From: Octopus sinensis
Lineage: Eukaryota
Reading direction: 5' to 3'
DNA length: 64,000 nt
Assembly (NCBI RefSeq): GCF_006345805.1
Contig: NC_042997.1
Coordinates: 60,760,001 to 60,824,000 of the forward strand
Notes under the pieces: model-generated
Databases searched by the model: none
What the model was told of the DNA's origin: nothing
Seen by the model: the letters and a program-made list of their open reading frames with translations, nothing else
Made by a program: the position numbers and the translations under genes
In this document: one piece after another, positions 1 to 12,981 of the stretch
Layout: the number at the start of each line of letters is the position of its first letter
Numbering within the stretch: position 1 is the stretch's first letter

Positions 1-169
1 AAGCTTTGGACACTAGATATATTTACTCAATTTATTTGATTTCCATTGAAGGGTATTTTACGAGAAATTTGTCACTTGCATTACTCAGATATTATTATCA
101 TAAGTGCAGGTATGGCTGTGGGGTAAAATGTTTGATTCTGAGCCACATGGTTCTAAGTTGTCTTTTCTG

Positions 170-375
170 TGCTTGTGTTTGTCTCTCAGCACCACTTGAC
201 AACTGGTGCTGTTCTGTTTATGTTCTTGTAACTTTGTGACTTGGCAAAAAGAGGTTGATAAAATAAATACCAGGCTTAAAAAAAAGTACTGGAGTTGATT
301 TGTTTGACTAAACTTTTTGAGGTGTGCCCCAGCATGGACGCAGTTCAAGGAATGAAACAAGTAAAAGATAAAAGA
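170..375 (+). mobile_element. SINE 3' portion (family ending gaaacaagtaaaagataaaaga)
   Basis: Similar sequence recurs at about 410-630, 3770-3930, 12540-12670 and 59090-59240. Confidence 0.7.
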
Positions 376-409
376 CATATGTGCATGTTTGTGTGTGAGT
401 CTTTAGGCT

Positions 410-630
410 GGCACTTGTTTCTTCACTTCTTGACAACCAATGTTGGTTTGTTTACACCCCTGTAACTTAACTGTTCGGCACAAAAGACCAATAAAATAAG
501 TACCAGACTTGAAATATATAAAAAAAACAAACAAAAAAAAAGTACTGGAGACAATTTGTTTGACTAAACCCTTTAAGTGGGTACGCCAGCATGGCCACAG
601 TCCAATGACTGAAACAAATAAAAGATAAGA
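410..630 (+). mobile_element. Second tandem copy of the same SINE 3' portion
   Basis: Repeats the cttgacaac..ggcaaaagagac..ataagtaccag..ttgactaaacc..ccagcatggccacag..gaaacaaataaaagata pattern of 170-375. Confidence 0.7.
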
Positions 631-1699
631 GATGAAATCAGCTCAGTACTTCACAAAAATTTAACTTTACAGACCCAGGGAAAGATGAAAAGGAAAGTTA
701 ATTCAGTTGGCTATTTTTGCAAGCTAATTTATAGTAAGTATCTATTTTTGTTAGAGAAGATACCATGTCAAACAATATACATGTCTAATACAATTACTTA
801 AAATTTTGAAATGTTACTTGAGCTGAAGAACATTATCAATGGTTATTGACCTGTTAGGAAATAGTTTTTGAACCTGTTAATGTGCCTCGCTTGTACATAC
901 ATTAATATTTAAATTGGTTTAATGATTACCATGTCTATGTCAGTAATAGCTCTTAGAATTAAAAATTGTATGTATATGTTTGTGTGTATGTGTGAATATG
1001 TGTAGATGAGGGAGAGAGAAAATGAGAGGGAGAAAGGGAAAGAAAGAGATACTGAGGAGCTGAAGGATGAGAAGTGATATTTGCAATTTGATATTACAAG
1101 TTTTATGTTCACACTGCTGTCATTCATTTAAAATACTGCCTTAAGTAACTCAGTCTTTTATAAATCTATCATTAATAAAATAAATGGTAGTTCAATTTAA
1201 AAGAGGGAGAGCTAGGTCTCTTTTTTGATTAGCATAATGTCACTCACACACACAATCCAGCCTCTGGCCTAGTTGCACCATTTCCTCCTTTCTTTGTTTT
1301 TGCTATAGCTACTATAATGGCCCTTGCTTCCTGGTGCTGACTGTTTTCAGTAAAGCATTCCTGTCCCACTCATCTCTCTTTTTGTAATGTGTGTATGTGT
1401 GTGTATGTATTGAGAGTGAGTTTATATTTTTATATATTTATGCTTGTGTTGATAGGCTGGCTAATAGATGCATTACTTTAAGTTTTTGCAAAAGTTTCAC
1501 AAACACATAAGAAAAAGGCATCTGATTATTGGGAAGTTTATCTCAGTAGTACCCAAATGATTAGGTATGATGCTTTTTCTTATATGTGAAACCTTAAGTA
1601 ATGCATTTTCAAGTCAAACTATCATTATTAATATTTAAAGCACATGACATGTATTGAGCATCCTTTCCTTTTATTTGTACACATAGATGTGTGTGTGCA

Positions 1700-1885
1700 C
1701 ATGATAGATCGCTAGCCACTACACATTCTTTATTTTCTCTCCCTGTTTCTTTCTGTGCTCCTTTCTGTGGAAGAGCATGGGTTCAAACATTAAAGACTTT
1801 TTCACTTCCCGAGCATTAAACTAATACAATCTGTTTGTTGTCTACACCACCTGTCTTCGTTTTTTGTTTTTTTTTGTGAATTCTC
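1700..1885 (+). repeat. Interspersed repeat with decayed hammerhead-like core, probably a Penelope-like pseudo-LTR
   Basis: GC-richer island with ggaagagcatgggttcaaacattaaag, readable as a CpG-decayed CUGAnGA..GAAACGU core. Confidence 0.35.
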
Positions 1886-1890
1886 CATAT

Positions 1891-1921
<31 letters not shown>

Positions 1922-1924
<3 letters not shown>

Positions 1925-1974
1925 AACCCATGCTAGCATGGAGAACGGACGTTAAACGATGATGATGATGATGA

Positions 1975-1980
<6 letters not shown>
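1922..1980 (+). mobile_element. Short 5'-truncated RTE-type tail (ccaacccatgctagcatggagaacggacgttaaac(gat)n) within (TA)n
   Basis: Matches 12467-12513 closely and, reverse-complemented, the copy at about 42970-43020. Flanked by (TA)n on both sides. Confidence 0.8.
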
Positions 1981-2019
<39 letters not shown>

Positions 2020-2094
2020 CTTTATTTCAATTGAATCAGTTTTTTGCTACACAGAGTTTCACACAGGGTCTTCAGGCAATAAATACATACATAC

Positions 2095-2172
<78 letters not shown>

Positions 2173-2509
2173 TATCTATGCACGTGAGGGTGTGTATGTT
2201 TTCCCCACTTCAACATGCTGTTTTGATATTTGTAAACTTGTTAGAATAAATGTCTTCTTCCTCTTTCTCCTTTTGTTTTTCAACAATCATAAAATAAGTA
2301 TTTGGCTAAACTACTTTTATTATAATCTTATTTATGTATGATCGGTGTTTTTTTCTCTCTTTTCTACTCACATTACCTTCAATGCATAGACACTGTACAT
2401 AAATGTGTAGTTTAAGAAGACTGCACAATAAAATTTATTGGGTGTCCCAATTCCCATAAAACATTCAATAGGTAATATACACACACAAACAAACATACAG
2501 AGCACATAC

Positions 2510-2680
2510 ACACTGTAAAATGGTTGGCATTAGGAAGGACATCCAGCCATACAAACCATGCCAAAACAAGACGACTGGAGCCTAGTGCAGCCCTCTGACT
2601 TGCCAGCTCCTGTCAAACCATCCAACCTATGCCACCATGGAAAACAGATGTTAAATGATGATGATGATGATGATGTTGAT
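2510..2680 (+). mobile_element. Older copy of the RTE-tail SINE/LINE 3' end with (gat)n tail
   Basis: tggttggcattaggaaggacatccagcc..gactggagcctagtgcagcc..ccaacctatgcc..gttaaatgatgatg resembles 12365-12515. Confidence 0.75.
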
Positions 2681-3129
2681 ATATATGGCATGCAGAGCTT
2701 TTCTTTAACCCCATAACATCAGTTGATATAAATTTATGTCCACTGTGTACTTGCTTTGAGTCAAACAACGAAAATATACACAACCCTATCTGCTGTGGTT
2801 TTGTACCTGTTTGTGTACAGGTTGATATAAATATCCACTATCACTCATGGAACCAATAATAGAGGCCACTGTGAAAATTTCAAGGAATCTGATAGCTTTG
2901 TTAGACTCTTCATGTAAATATTTCCAACTCAGTTCAAGACTTCATCACCATAATAGTATAAAAGCAACAGTTTTGGTGGTTACACCACCATTTCCACAAT
3001 GGCTTCCTATCAAATTTGTACACATTCAGCAAATTCTTCTGGTCCTTCATGGAATTTATAGCCGCATCTAGCTAAGCCAGTTTCATTGAATTTACAGTCC
3101 TCGCAGTGATGACAGCTTACATAAATAAA

Positions 3130-4420
3130 CAGTGCATGCTTTAAAGTGGTTGATGTAAATATATGTCAAACTGTTGTCGTGTGCTAATTGCTGATCTTGG
3201 CCAAGATGATTACTGTCAGTGCAACCTGGTTGCTTGATAAAAAAGACCTATTGTCATGGGGTTAAAGGCAAGACAATATCACACAATACATTTGCCAAAA
3301 AATGTTGGTGCCAACATTTCAGATACTTATCTAGTCTACAGAGGAAATTTGCTCCATAGATATTAAAATCTGCAAAGTCCTGACATCAACTGCAAACTTC
3401 CACAAAAAGTGATATTCACAAGCTCTCTCCCAGAAGAAAAGAGGGGAGGGAAAGTCAGGAGTATGTTCCTCAAGAAACACTCATTTGATGACCTCCTTTA
3501 TGAACCCAGAATTACATACCACAACAAATATCTGGAAGAGGAACACTCTGTATACTACAAAAAGTTAGGCATGGCTGCATGGTTAAGAAGCTCACTTTAC
3601 AACCATGTGATTTTGGGTTCAGTTCCACTGCATGGTACCTTGGGCAAGAGTCTTCTACTATAGCCCCATGCTGGCCAATGACTTGTGAGGAAATTTGGTA
3701 AACAGAAACTGAAGCAGCCCATCATGTGTGTATGTGTTTGCCCTATATCCTGCCACAGCACTTCACAACCAGTATCAGCTGGTTTACATCTTTGTAACTT
3801 AGCAGTTTGGCAAAAGAAACTGATAGGATAAGTACCAAATTTAAAAAGAATATGTACTAGAGGTCAGTCTGTTCAAGTAAAACCCTTCACAATGATGCCC
3901 TAGTGTGTCCAATTGCTGAAACAACTATAAGAAAAAAAATACAATCTCAGGAATAAAAGAGACAGTGAGCATTTAAACTTTCAAGATGCAATTGAAAATG
4001 TCAGTTTATGTCACAGTTCTATGGAAGACATTGTTTGTGATTAGTAGCAACCCCAAAATGTCATCAAGGCACTACCTCCCGCTGCAACATGATATTGTTG
4101 CTAAACAAACATATAATGCTTTCTGTAAGAAAGATGTCACTGGAATAAATAACTATTCTCCAGTTATTGAATATGTATATGGATATCAGTAAATATAAAT
4201 CATATTGGTAGGACATTTCAAGCAAAATTTTTGCTGCAAATCTAAGGAGCATGATATAATTGTTTGGAACAAGAAAGAAATATTGTGAGCAGTCATGCAG
4301 ATCAGCTACTTTACAGATGTGGACATTTCTTCTAGAGGGGAGTTTATCTATGGACAGTTGTTTCAAAACCTACAGTTTCTCTTTGATTATAAATTCATAT
4401 TTATGCCAAATAATTAGCTA
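3130..4420 (+). mobile_element. Decayed RLE-type (R4/Dong-like) non-LTR retrotransposon 3' region, interrupted by a SINE
   Basis: ORF 3986..4192 has SSNPKMSSRHYLPLQHDIVAK (post-zinc-knuckle YxxRHD-like). The next frame reads WNKKE..DVDISSRGEFIYGQLFQNLQ..YKFIFMP, similar to the restriction-like endonuclease domain. Many stops. Confidence 0.55.
3567..3935 (+). mobile_element. tRNA-headed SINE with ccttgggcaag core
   Basis: Head ggcatggctgcatggttaagaagctc..ggttcagttccactg. Related heads at about 8640-8720, 11970-12125, 52530-52640 and 54660-54720. Confidence 0.7.
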
Positions 4421-4941
4421 TGTTAAGTGATCAGCTAGTTCACATTTCCCAAATAAAATCTATAAGTGTAACAATAAAAATGCAAAACTTTTCTGAAGAT
4501 CAACAGGTAATACTTAGCATTGTGGTTATTCAAATTCCAACAATAAAGTATTGTTTCTTTGTTAGAAACCAGCTTATTCCTTGTATGAAGAATTCAAATA
4601 AATAAGAGTAGTAAGAAAAGAAACAATATAAATACATACATTATGCAGAGAAGCATAAAATATATATGTGCTTCAAAACAGAATTAATGACTAATGATCG
4701 CAATAATAAATTAAAAATAAATAATCTTCAATGCCTGGAACTTCTGAACAAATATCCACAATGCTTTTTATCCCTTCATCTACATAAAACTCTTTACACA
4801 TATTCACATATACATTATATTAATTTAAAATATATGATTTAATGTACATGCTTAAACATTCTTAATTAATGTTTGATACATTTAATATTTGCTAATTATT
4901 TTTAAGGATTATCATTATCATTATTATCACTTTTTCTGTGA

Positions 4942-5245
4942 AGGCATGTGGCTCTGTTGTTAGAGTATTTGGTTCAAGCTTTTAAGGTCATGAGTTTGCT
5001 TCCTGGCAAAGTGGTGTGTCCTTGAACAAGATATTTTATTTCATTATGCTCCAGTCCACTCAGCTGGTAAAAATGAGTTTTATCTGTATTTCACATTCTG
5101 TGTCATGCTGAATCTCTCTGAGAACTATATTAAGGGTACATGTATCTGTGGAATGCTCTGCCACACACACATTAATTTCACAAGCAGGCTGCTCCGTTGC
5201 TTGGATCAACTGGAACCCTTGTCATTGTAACAGACAGAGTGCCAG
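4942..5245 (+). mobile_element. tRNA-headed SINE sharing its 3' half with the SINE at 57031
   Basis: ctgaatctctctgagaacta..attaagggta..attaatttcacaagcaggctg..caactggaacccttgtcat..cagagtgcc is shared with about 57255-57397. Confidence 0.7.
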
Positions 5246-7004
5246 TTTATCATTTTACAACTGCTTTTCCATGCTGATATGGATTGGACATGTTGTTATA
5301 TGAAGAAACAGCTTGTCTAACCCATGCCAGCATGGAAATCAAGTGGCTAAATCCTCCCTTGTGTTAAGCGATGTAAGATGCATGCAATAAATATAACAAG
5401 GTATTTTTTTTCATGTGCTTATCTAACAGTAATCCTTTGTTGATATATACACAAACACAGAAATAGAGAAAAGTAAAATACACAGAGGCTAACTGTTCAT
5501 TGATGGCCTGTGAGGTCTCCAGGAAGTAATATCATATGTATGTGAGCATTCAATTTCAGTCTGGCAAATTTCACTCACGAAACATCAGTCAAATCAAATC
5601 TATGGTAGAAAACACTTGCCAAATGCGTTCTATTATGGAGATCAAACATTGTGGTTGTGGAAACAACTTCTTAATCTCACATTTTCAAGTGTATGTATGT
5701 ATGTATGTATGTATGTATATTTATTTATTCCTGACAGGTGCAAGGGAAATAAAGTAAAGCTGATTAAGGTGACCCAGTACAGCACTATTTACTTACATTA
5801 TTGGCTCCAAAAGGATAAAAGTCTGTAGAATCTGAACTCAGGATGTAGGGTGATAAGACTAAACACTGTTGCTAAGTTAATCCAATGCTCTAATCTCATA
5901 TAACATAGTATAAATATTGAATTCTTTTGATGAAGTAAAAATAGGTTCTGTATTTAAGGAGAGAGATGAAATGGGGTTCTGTGATGTTCAGCTGTTCACC
6001 ATGGGTATTAGTATTATAATCAGATGAAATAATGGATTGAAATCATGTCACTATCTTTTCCTTCCAGGGAACTTATGTCTTGGTCTTTGACTTTCACTAG
6101 TTAATATAAATCTATATTTCTTCATGTAAGTTTATATAGATATTAATTCCTAACTTAGACACAAGGATATATTTTTTTATTGGCATAAGAAAGGAAACAG
6201 AAAATGATAGCAAACTACTATTTCATACTTATTTTCTTGACTCTGGAAGGATAGAAAGCAAAAGTAATCTTGGCCAGATTCGAACTCAGAATGTTAAGAA
6301 CATAACTAAATACTGTAAAGCATTTTGTCCAATACTTCACTTATTCTACTTATAAAGTGCAAAAATATAATCTTCTCAGATAGACATTTCCATTATCATT
6401 CATTTAGTCTTTTCATCAATGATATTTGTATGTGTTATTATATATATATATATGTATGTTTTAAACAAGATTACACAATGTAAACAGATATGGCAAGCAT
6501 GTTAATATTCACATATAGCAAAGAGTTATCATTGATTTATATTAATATTAATTGTATACCACAAAATATACAACTGTATATTTACACTCGACCATATAGA
6601 GATATAAAAAAATTAAAATATTCCCCATGCTTAATGCAAAGAACACATAAAGGGATATTGCATATGCTTTAGGAAAGTCAAGTTAATCCAAGTCATCAGT
6701 GCAAATTAGAGAAAAATGAGATAGTGAAAGAAACCAATTTAGAGGGTATTAGAGTGCTACAGAAATAAAACCCAGAAAAGAGAGTGCATTTGTTAGAAAT
6801 TGCAAACAAATAAGTGAACTAAAAGGCTTAGACTGTGGCAAGAAATGTAAAAAAAAATTCCTGTTGCTAGACAACTCATATATGAAAAAAGATTCAGAAG
6901 ACAAACAGTGCTAAGGCATAACTCATTTCATGGGATATTTAATATAAATGTGTTTGTATGCGCATGCATAATGTGTGTGTATGTGTGTGTGTATATAGAT
7001 ATAT

Positions 7005-7270
7005 ATCATCATTTAAATATCTGTTCTCCTATTCCATGCTTGCATGGCTCAGATGGAATTTATTGAGGTAGATATTCCAAGGCTGGATGGCTTCTCTGTT
7101 GCCAGCCCTTACTTGTTTCCAAGCAAAGTAATATTTCCCCTTCGCCAGACATGTTTTCACAGAATATTGGAAATGAATGCCATTTATTTACAACAATCAC
7201 ATGATGTCAAGGCAAGAAGACACAAACATACAACCATACACTACAACGTTTTGGTTAGCCCAGGGCTATA
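7005..7270 (-). mobile_element. Retroposon with RTE-type (gat)n tail; related copies at about 13975-14210 (+) and 36605-36830 (-)
   Basis: Shared ccagcccttacttgtttccaagcaaagtaatatttcccc..gccagacatgttttcacagaatattgga core, ending in catcatcattta on the + strand. Confidence 0.65.
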
Positions 7271-7364
7271 GTAGAAGACACTTGCCCAAGTACCATCCAT
7301 GCAATAGGAATGGAAACAAAGCCATGTGATTGTGAAGCAAACATCTTCACCACAGTCATTCTTG

Positions 7365-7460
7365 TGTGTATGTGTGTGTGTGTGTGTGTATATTTGTATA
7401 TATGTATATATATGTACATACATATACACATACATACATACATACATATATACACACACA

Positions 7461-7546
<86 letters not shown>

Positions 7547-7556
7547 ATATATATAC
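7365..7556. repeat. Compound microsatellite (GT)/(AT)/(ACAT)/(AC)
   Basis: Directly visible; explains the overlapping junk ORFs at 7241-7644. Confidence 0.95.
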
Positions 7557-7859
7557 ATGTCATCATTTCAATATTCACATTTTTATGCTTGCATGTATCA
7601 GACAGAATTTGTTGCTAGGTAATATTTTTCCTTGGCAGACATAAAATCTATTAATTAGTTTAGAGGTTAGTAAGATTCAGTCATTATGTATATAAATATA
7701 TACACACATATATTTATGCATATATACATATATATAAATGTACAATAATGTACATGTATGCAAATATATGTATATTACATATATATACATATATGTGTAT
7801 ATAATACATATATAAACAGAGCAAATTTAGCTGTTTCTCCATAGATTGGAAGAATTCAT

Positions 7860-9310
7860 GAACAACTTTAATCAATTTTTGTATCTTATTGGATTCTCAT
7901 CAAAGGCATCTACATGAGTTTGACCAAGCCCAGGGAAACAAGCAGCCAGTATGGCAGTATTGGAGCTACTAATTTGCTTAAATATCAGGGGCTAGCCAAT
8001 GGGGATCTCAGTCTACACCACACACACTCACATATACATAAATATATCTATATCCAATGATTTTACACATATAAGTTATACATTCTGACGATTTGACTAT
8101 ACATTTTGATAATGTAATTAATAATCACCTTTTGGAAATGAAATATATGTAAAATGGAACAAATAAATATCTTAAAAACAATCTCTCATGTGTTATTTTA
8201 TATATATATATCCTTGGATATTGTATATGGCAAATACCTACCAGTGCACTCATAAAAGCTCCTATGCTATTGTTACTGGCTACCATATATTACTCCCAAC
8301 CTGCCAAGTTAACTGTATGGGATTGTTATGTATGTGGTATTCCATGTAGTTTAGGATAAATATATTAATAATAAGAAATATTTCATGAAGAGAGATTCTT
8401 ATATTTCTATTAATACATTGCTACATATGTTTCAGCATAACATGTATTTTTATGGGACTCCTTGATCACATCCATAGGATATTATTAAATATTATTTATA
8501 ATATCCATGGCTCTAGGGGAGCCCATTAATTCAACATGCATACTTCTTCAGACAATTTTGTATCAATGCCTTGCTATTTAAACTTCAAGATATTAATCAT
8601 TCTAACCAATCAAAAAGTTCTGCTGGATTAATGGGAAGTGATTGTGGTAAGAAGTTTGCTTTTCAGCAACGTGTTTCCAGGTTCCATTCCACTATATGGC
8701 ACCTTGAGCAAGTGTTTTCTACTATACTTTATGTATATTGCACCATATGAAATCTTTGTGGTGCCCTTTACATTGCTGATTGCTTTTGGGAGCATATCCA
8801 AAGCATAATACTATGTATGCTAGGCCAACTTATTACCATCCATTTCAAAACTATAGGCCATTCCATTACTCACTTATCAGTGTGCGGTATTACCACAAAC
8901 CATGGATTTCAAATTCTCAAGGAAACAGAGGGAACAATGTTTCATATTTGACCTGTCACTGACAAATTTAAATGAACATTTTCCCTTCTATTCCTACACC
9001 TAGTAGTTCATTAAACCTTTTCTTATCCTTCAACTCTTCTCTTATTATTTCACTCACATCTTTTCCTACTTCTCCTCATTCCATTACTCTTTCTTCCCTC
9101 TCATGCTGTTTTGCCTACCACTTCTTATTCACATATGAAATTTGTGTGATCATGCATTCCTTATAAGTTGCAGTCAGTTCTTTTTTTTTAACTTGGAGGA
9201 TATAAAACTCTGCTGTCTCTCAGCTTTTCTTTTAAGAAGGACATTGTCTGAAACATCGGATCTTCCACTCCTTATGGCAAATTCCCTGTACTCATCAATT
9301 TTACTACATA
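7860..9310 (+). mobile_element. Decayed Penelope-like element (RT remnants, GIY-YIG C-terminal remnant, pyrimidine-rich 3' region)
   Basis: About 8760-8980 reads CGALYIA..WEHIQSI..HF..GHSITHLSVCG..REQCFIFDL in broken frames, like GIY-YIG ends. A CT-rich tract and a hammerhead-like relic follow at about 9231. The upstream limit is uncertain. Confidence 0.45.
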
Positions 9311-12269
9311 AGTCTTGCTGACACAGATCAACAGCAGCCTCTTTGGTGTCCACTTGATCTCTCTCCCTCTCTCAAACACACACACAAATAAAATGATGTA
9401 GCAAAGAAATAGTGTAAGTGACTGAATGAATGACACTACTACTTTCTATTAAAGCCATTGAAAACCTGAAGTGACAGTGTTCATAAAAGAATAACATATA
9501 ACTTTTTTGTGCTTATCTTGCACCATATTTAATCTGAGATTCTGTATTGAAGCAGAATATTGTTATGTCTCTATAGATTTCTTTCGATCACTTAAACCAT
9601 ATGCATTTTATAGATAATCATTATTAACAGTGATGAATTTTAAGAACCAAACCAAAGTTAGACAGTATTGTTGGATAGAATCATGAGCCACTGATATGTA
9701 TTTATGCTGTGTTGCACACAGATATTAATGAGTACTTGGTATTGTATTGTAATGAGATTAAATAGTGTTAGAGGACACAGGCAAAGTACAATAATATCAA
9801 TATATGTGCACATAGTGAGCATGGATATTTTTTATTTAGTTTGTTTTCTCGTCTCTGCCAGATGGTTGAATTTAATTGTAAACCGATTACTTAACACCAT
9901 CCATTTTATAATTTTTATCAGTTACTGGAATTGTCTTCACAGAAACAAAAAGAAAAATATAATAATGAAAATAAAAACTGGTACTATGGCAAAGAATATA
10001 TGTGACTGTAGTGGGGTGTGTGTGTGTATGTGTATATAGATACCTATGTGTGTGTGTATATCTATATATCTATGTATATATCTATATATACACACACACA
10101 CAAAGAATATTGAAGACACACACACACATACACACACACAAACACCTGCGTTTGACTCCATTTCTTAATTTATCTATTATATATATACATATATATATAT
10201 TATTTATATATATATATAAATAATGGCATTTTATTATAAATGATCGAAATTGTTCTGAGAAGGTTCAACAATATCATATAATCTATTAAATATTTAAAAT
10301 AATTCAAAACTATGAGACTAAATAAATAAGACATACAAAAAGCATCAAATCAATAAACCATACAAAAATCTCAATGAATAAAACAACATAATATTTGTCA
10401 AAACTATTCACAAAATATGAAAATGAGCGTGACAGAAAATATTGAAGACAGTTTAACTTGCACCAAGATGTATATTCTAGAGGTGTATTTTAATGTATAA
10501 TTGATAATGAATGTTAAAAGTGGTAAATATTGTACAAATCTAATTCTTCACAGTTATCTCTTTTGAAGCTAAATATTTTTCTTTTATGATAACAAAAGGG
10601 ACACTATGATTATAATCAGATTATAATATATATAGGGTTGTCTTTTGCTTTGCCAGCTTTGATGAAACTCTACTGGAAATTACTGTGTCCCAGTTTCTGC
10701 CTAATATCATTAAATTATGATACAGGTACCAAATATGAAGGTGAGCCAGCCAAAAATTTGAAGTCACAGTCACCCAAATTCTTATAAAAATTTAATAAAA
10801 CATGTGCTCCACTTAACAATATTGGGTAATTGTTCTTAATGTTAAATTGTTTTTATTTTTAGCTTGACCTAAAAACAAAAATTTGTATACACCCATAGAT
10901 GTTTGTATAAGTTGTGCATATGTACAGACATAAATATTTGTATATATTTATCTATATTTATTTATCCATATAAATATATGTGTTGTAATATATACTGATG
11001 TGCAACTATTAATGTCTGCACACATTTGAAATCTTTTATTTTCAGTCATACAGATAATAAGATATTAGACAGCTATCTCCTGAAGCATAAGTTCAAATCT
11101 ACTATAGATATTTTTTATTGTGAAACTAGGTAGAATATTTTACTCTATATGTCTCCTTTGATATGGGGGGAACAGATATGCTTGATATGAGGGGAACAGA
11201 TATCAAAGCTTTGAAAAAATACTTGCTATAGACAATGATCTATACAGCAGGCGATAATGCTCTCATCTTGAAACATAAACATTACCCCAAGAGACCTTTG
11301 TGGTTCATGAAATTATCAACTTCAAATCCTATCATATCTTATTAACATTATATGTGTGTGTGTGTGCTTATGTGTAGGTTTGTAATTCTCTGCAATGTCA
11401 ATTTAATTTCAACTATCACTTAATTTTAAATGATATTGTATTACAAACAAAGTTGAATTGTTAAGACAAAACCCTTTCTCCAGTTTCAATGAAATTCTCT
11501 TAGCTCTAATTTCTGTAGTATAATTATTGAATTAAAGTAAATCAAATATTTTATTTTTCGAATACAATTATTAAATATGAAATTCAACATATAGTTGAAT
11601 TCCATGAATTAATCTATACATTGAATTAATCTATATAATTTTCCCCACTAATTTAGTCTTAATTTTATGTATAGAGAAATTGTTAAATTTAATATACTTA
11701 TATGAATGATGTTTCTCACATGAAAGCTAAATGGTTTAATAGTGATAATACAAGTAGTAAGTCTGGTTATAACTGCAACATATATGAATGCTATTACTGG
11801 ATTAGACTGAAATATCCTGAAATTACATCAATATTTCCTTCATTTCTACAGAATTAAAGGGGTTTGAACAGTTCTGAGTTCAGCAGCAACACAGATATAT
11901 GTCTAAATAAATATAAAGAACTTCATGAGGATCAGAGATTAAATCAATCTATATACAGGCACAGGTGTCACTGTGTGATAAGCAGTTTGCTTCTCAACCA
12001 TATGGTTTCAGGTTCAGTGCCACTGTGTCACACCTTGGTCAAGTATCTTCTAGTACAACTCCAAGCTGACCCCAAAGGCCAAAACCTTATGAGTAAATTT
12101 GGTAGACAGAAACTGAAAGAAACCTACTGTACACACACACACACACATATATATATATATGAACACACAGGTGAGAGAACAATAGCCTAATGAGCAAGGT
12201 TTCTGTAAGAAGCCTATGAAACTTTAAGTTGCATGGGGCTGAATCAAACTGTTTTAAATAATAATAATG

Positions 12270-12515
12270 AGGCTGCACCAGGCTCCAGTCTAATTTGGCA
12301 ATGTTTCTACAGCTGGATGCCCTTCCTAACGCCAACCACTCCGTAAGCACCCACTACACTCACGGAGTGGTTGGCGTTAGGAAGGGCATCCAGCTGTAGA
12401 AACATTGCCAAATTAGACTGGAGCCTGGTGCAGCCTTCTGGCTTCCCAGAACCCCGGTCGAACCGTCCAACCCATGCTAGCATGGAGAACGGACGTTAAA
12501 CGACGACGACGATGA
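12270..12515 (+). mobile_element. Young RTE-tail retroposon with a 75 bp inverted duplication at its 5' end
   Basis: 12270-12344 is the exact reverse complement of 12362-12436. Tail is (gac)n(gat). Confidence 0.9.
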
Positions 12516-12946
12516 ATGATATACATGTTTGCTTGTCTTTGTGTTTATGAAAATTCAGCAAAAGAGACTGGTAGAATAAGTACCAGACTTAAACAAATGA
12601 ATAACTGGGGATAATATGTTCAACTAAACCCAATATATCTTCAGTCCAATGACGGAAACAAGTGAAAGACAAATGAAAGAGAATGTCAGAAAAATATATA
12701 TCAAAGATGAAATTGATAATCTAAAAACCTACAGTTGTAGTTAAAATCTTATTTTAGATGTATTGATGAGTTACAGGTGTTGATGTTCCTTCAATTAAAA
12801 TTATTTTTGTAAATGTATAATACTAAAACTTCTTTAATGTATATGAAAACTTTTAATTGATCTTCTAAATTATATTTTTTAGAGTTTTCAACATATTTTT
12901 TAATATTCTATAGTGAGTAGTTTTGCAATACAACTTTGCATGCATG

Positions 12947-12981
<35 letters not shown>

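Noticed and set aside
7241-7644. Stack of overlapping 83-107 aa ORFs rich in YI/CV/HT; similar ones at 1959, 9937, 14084, 20684, 23109 and 38020
   Set aside because: They are translations of dinucleotide and tetranucleotide microsatellites, not genes.
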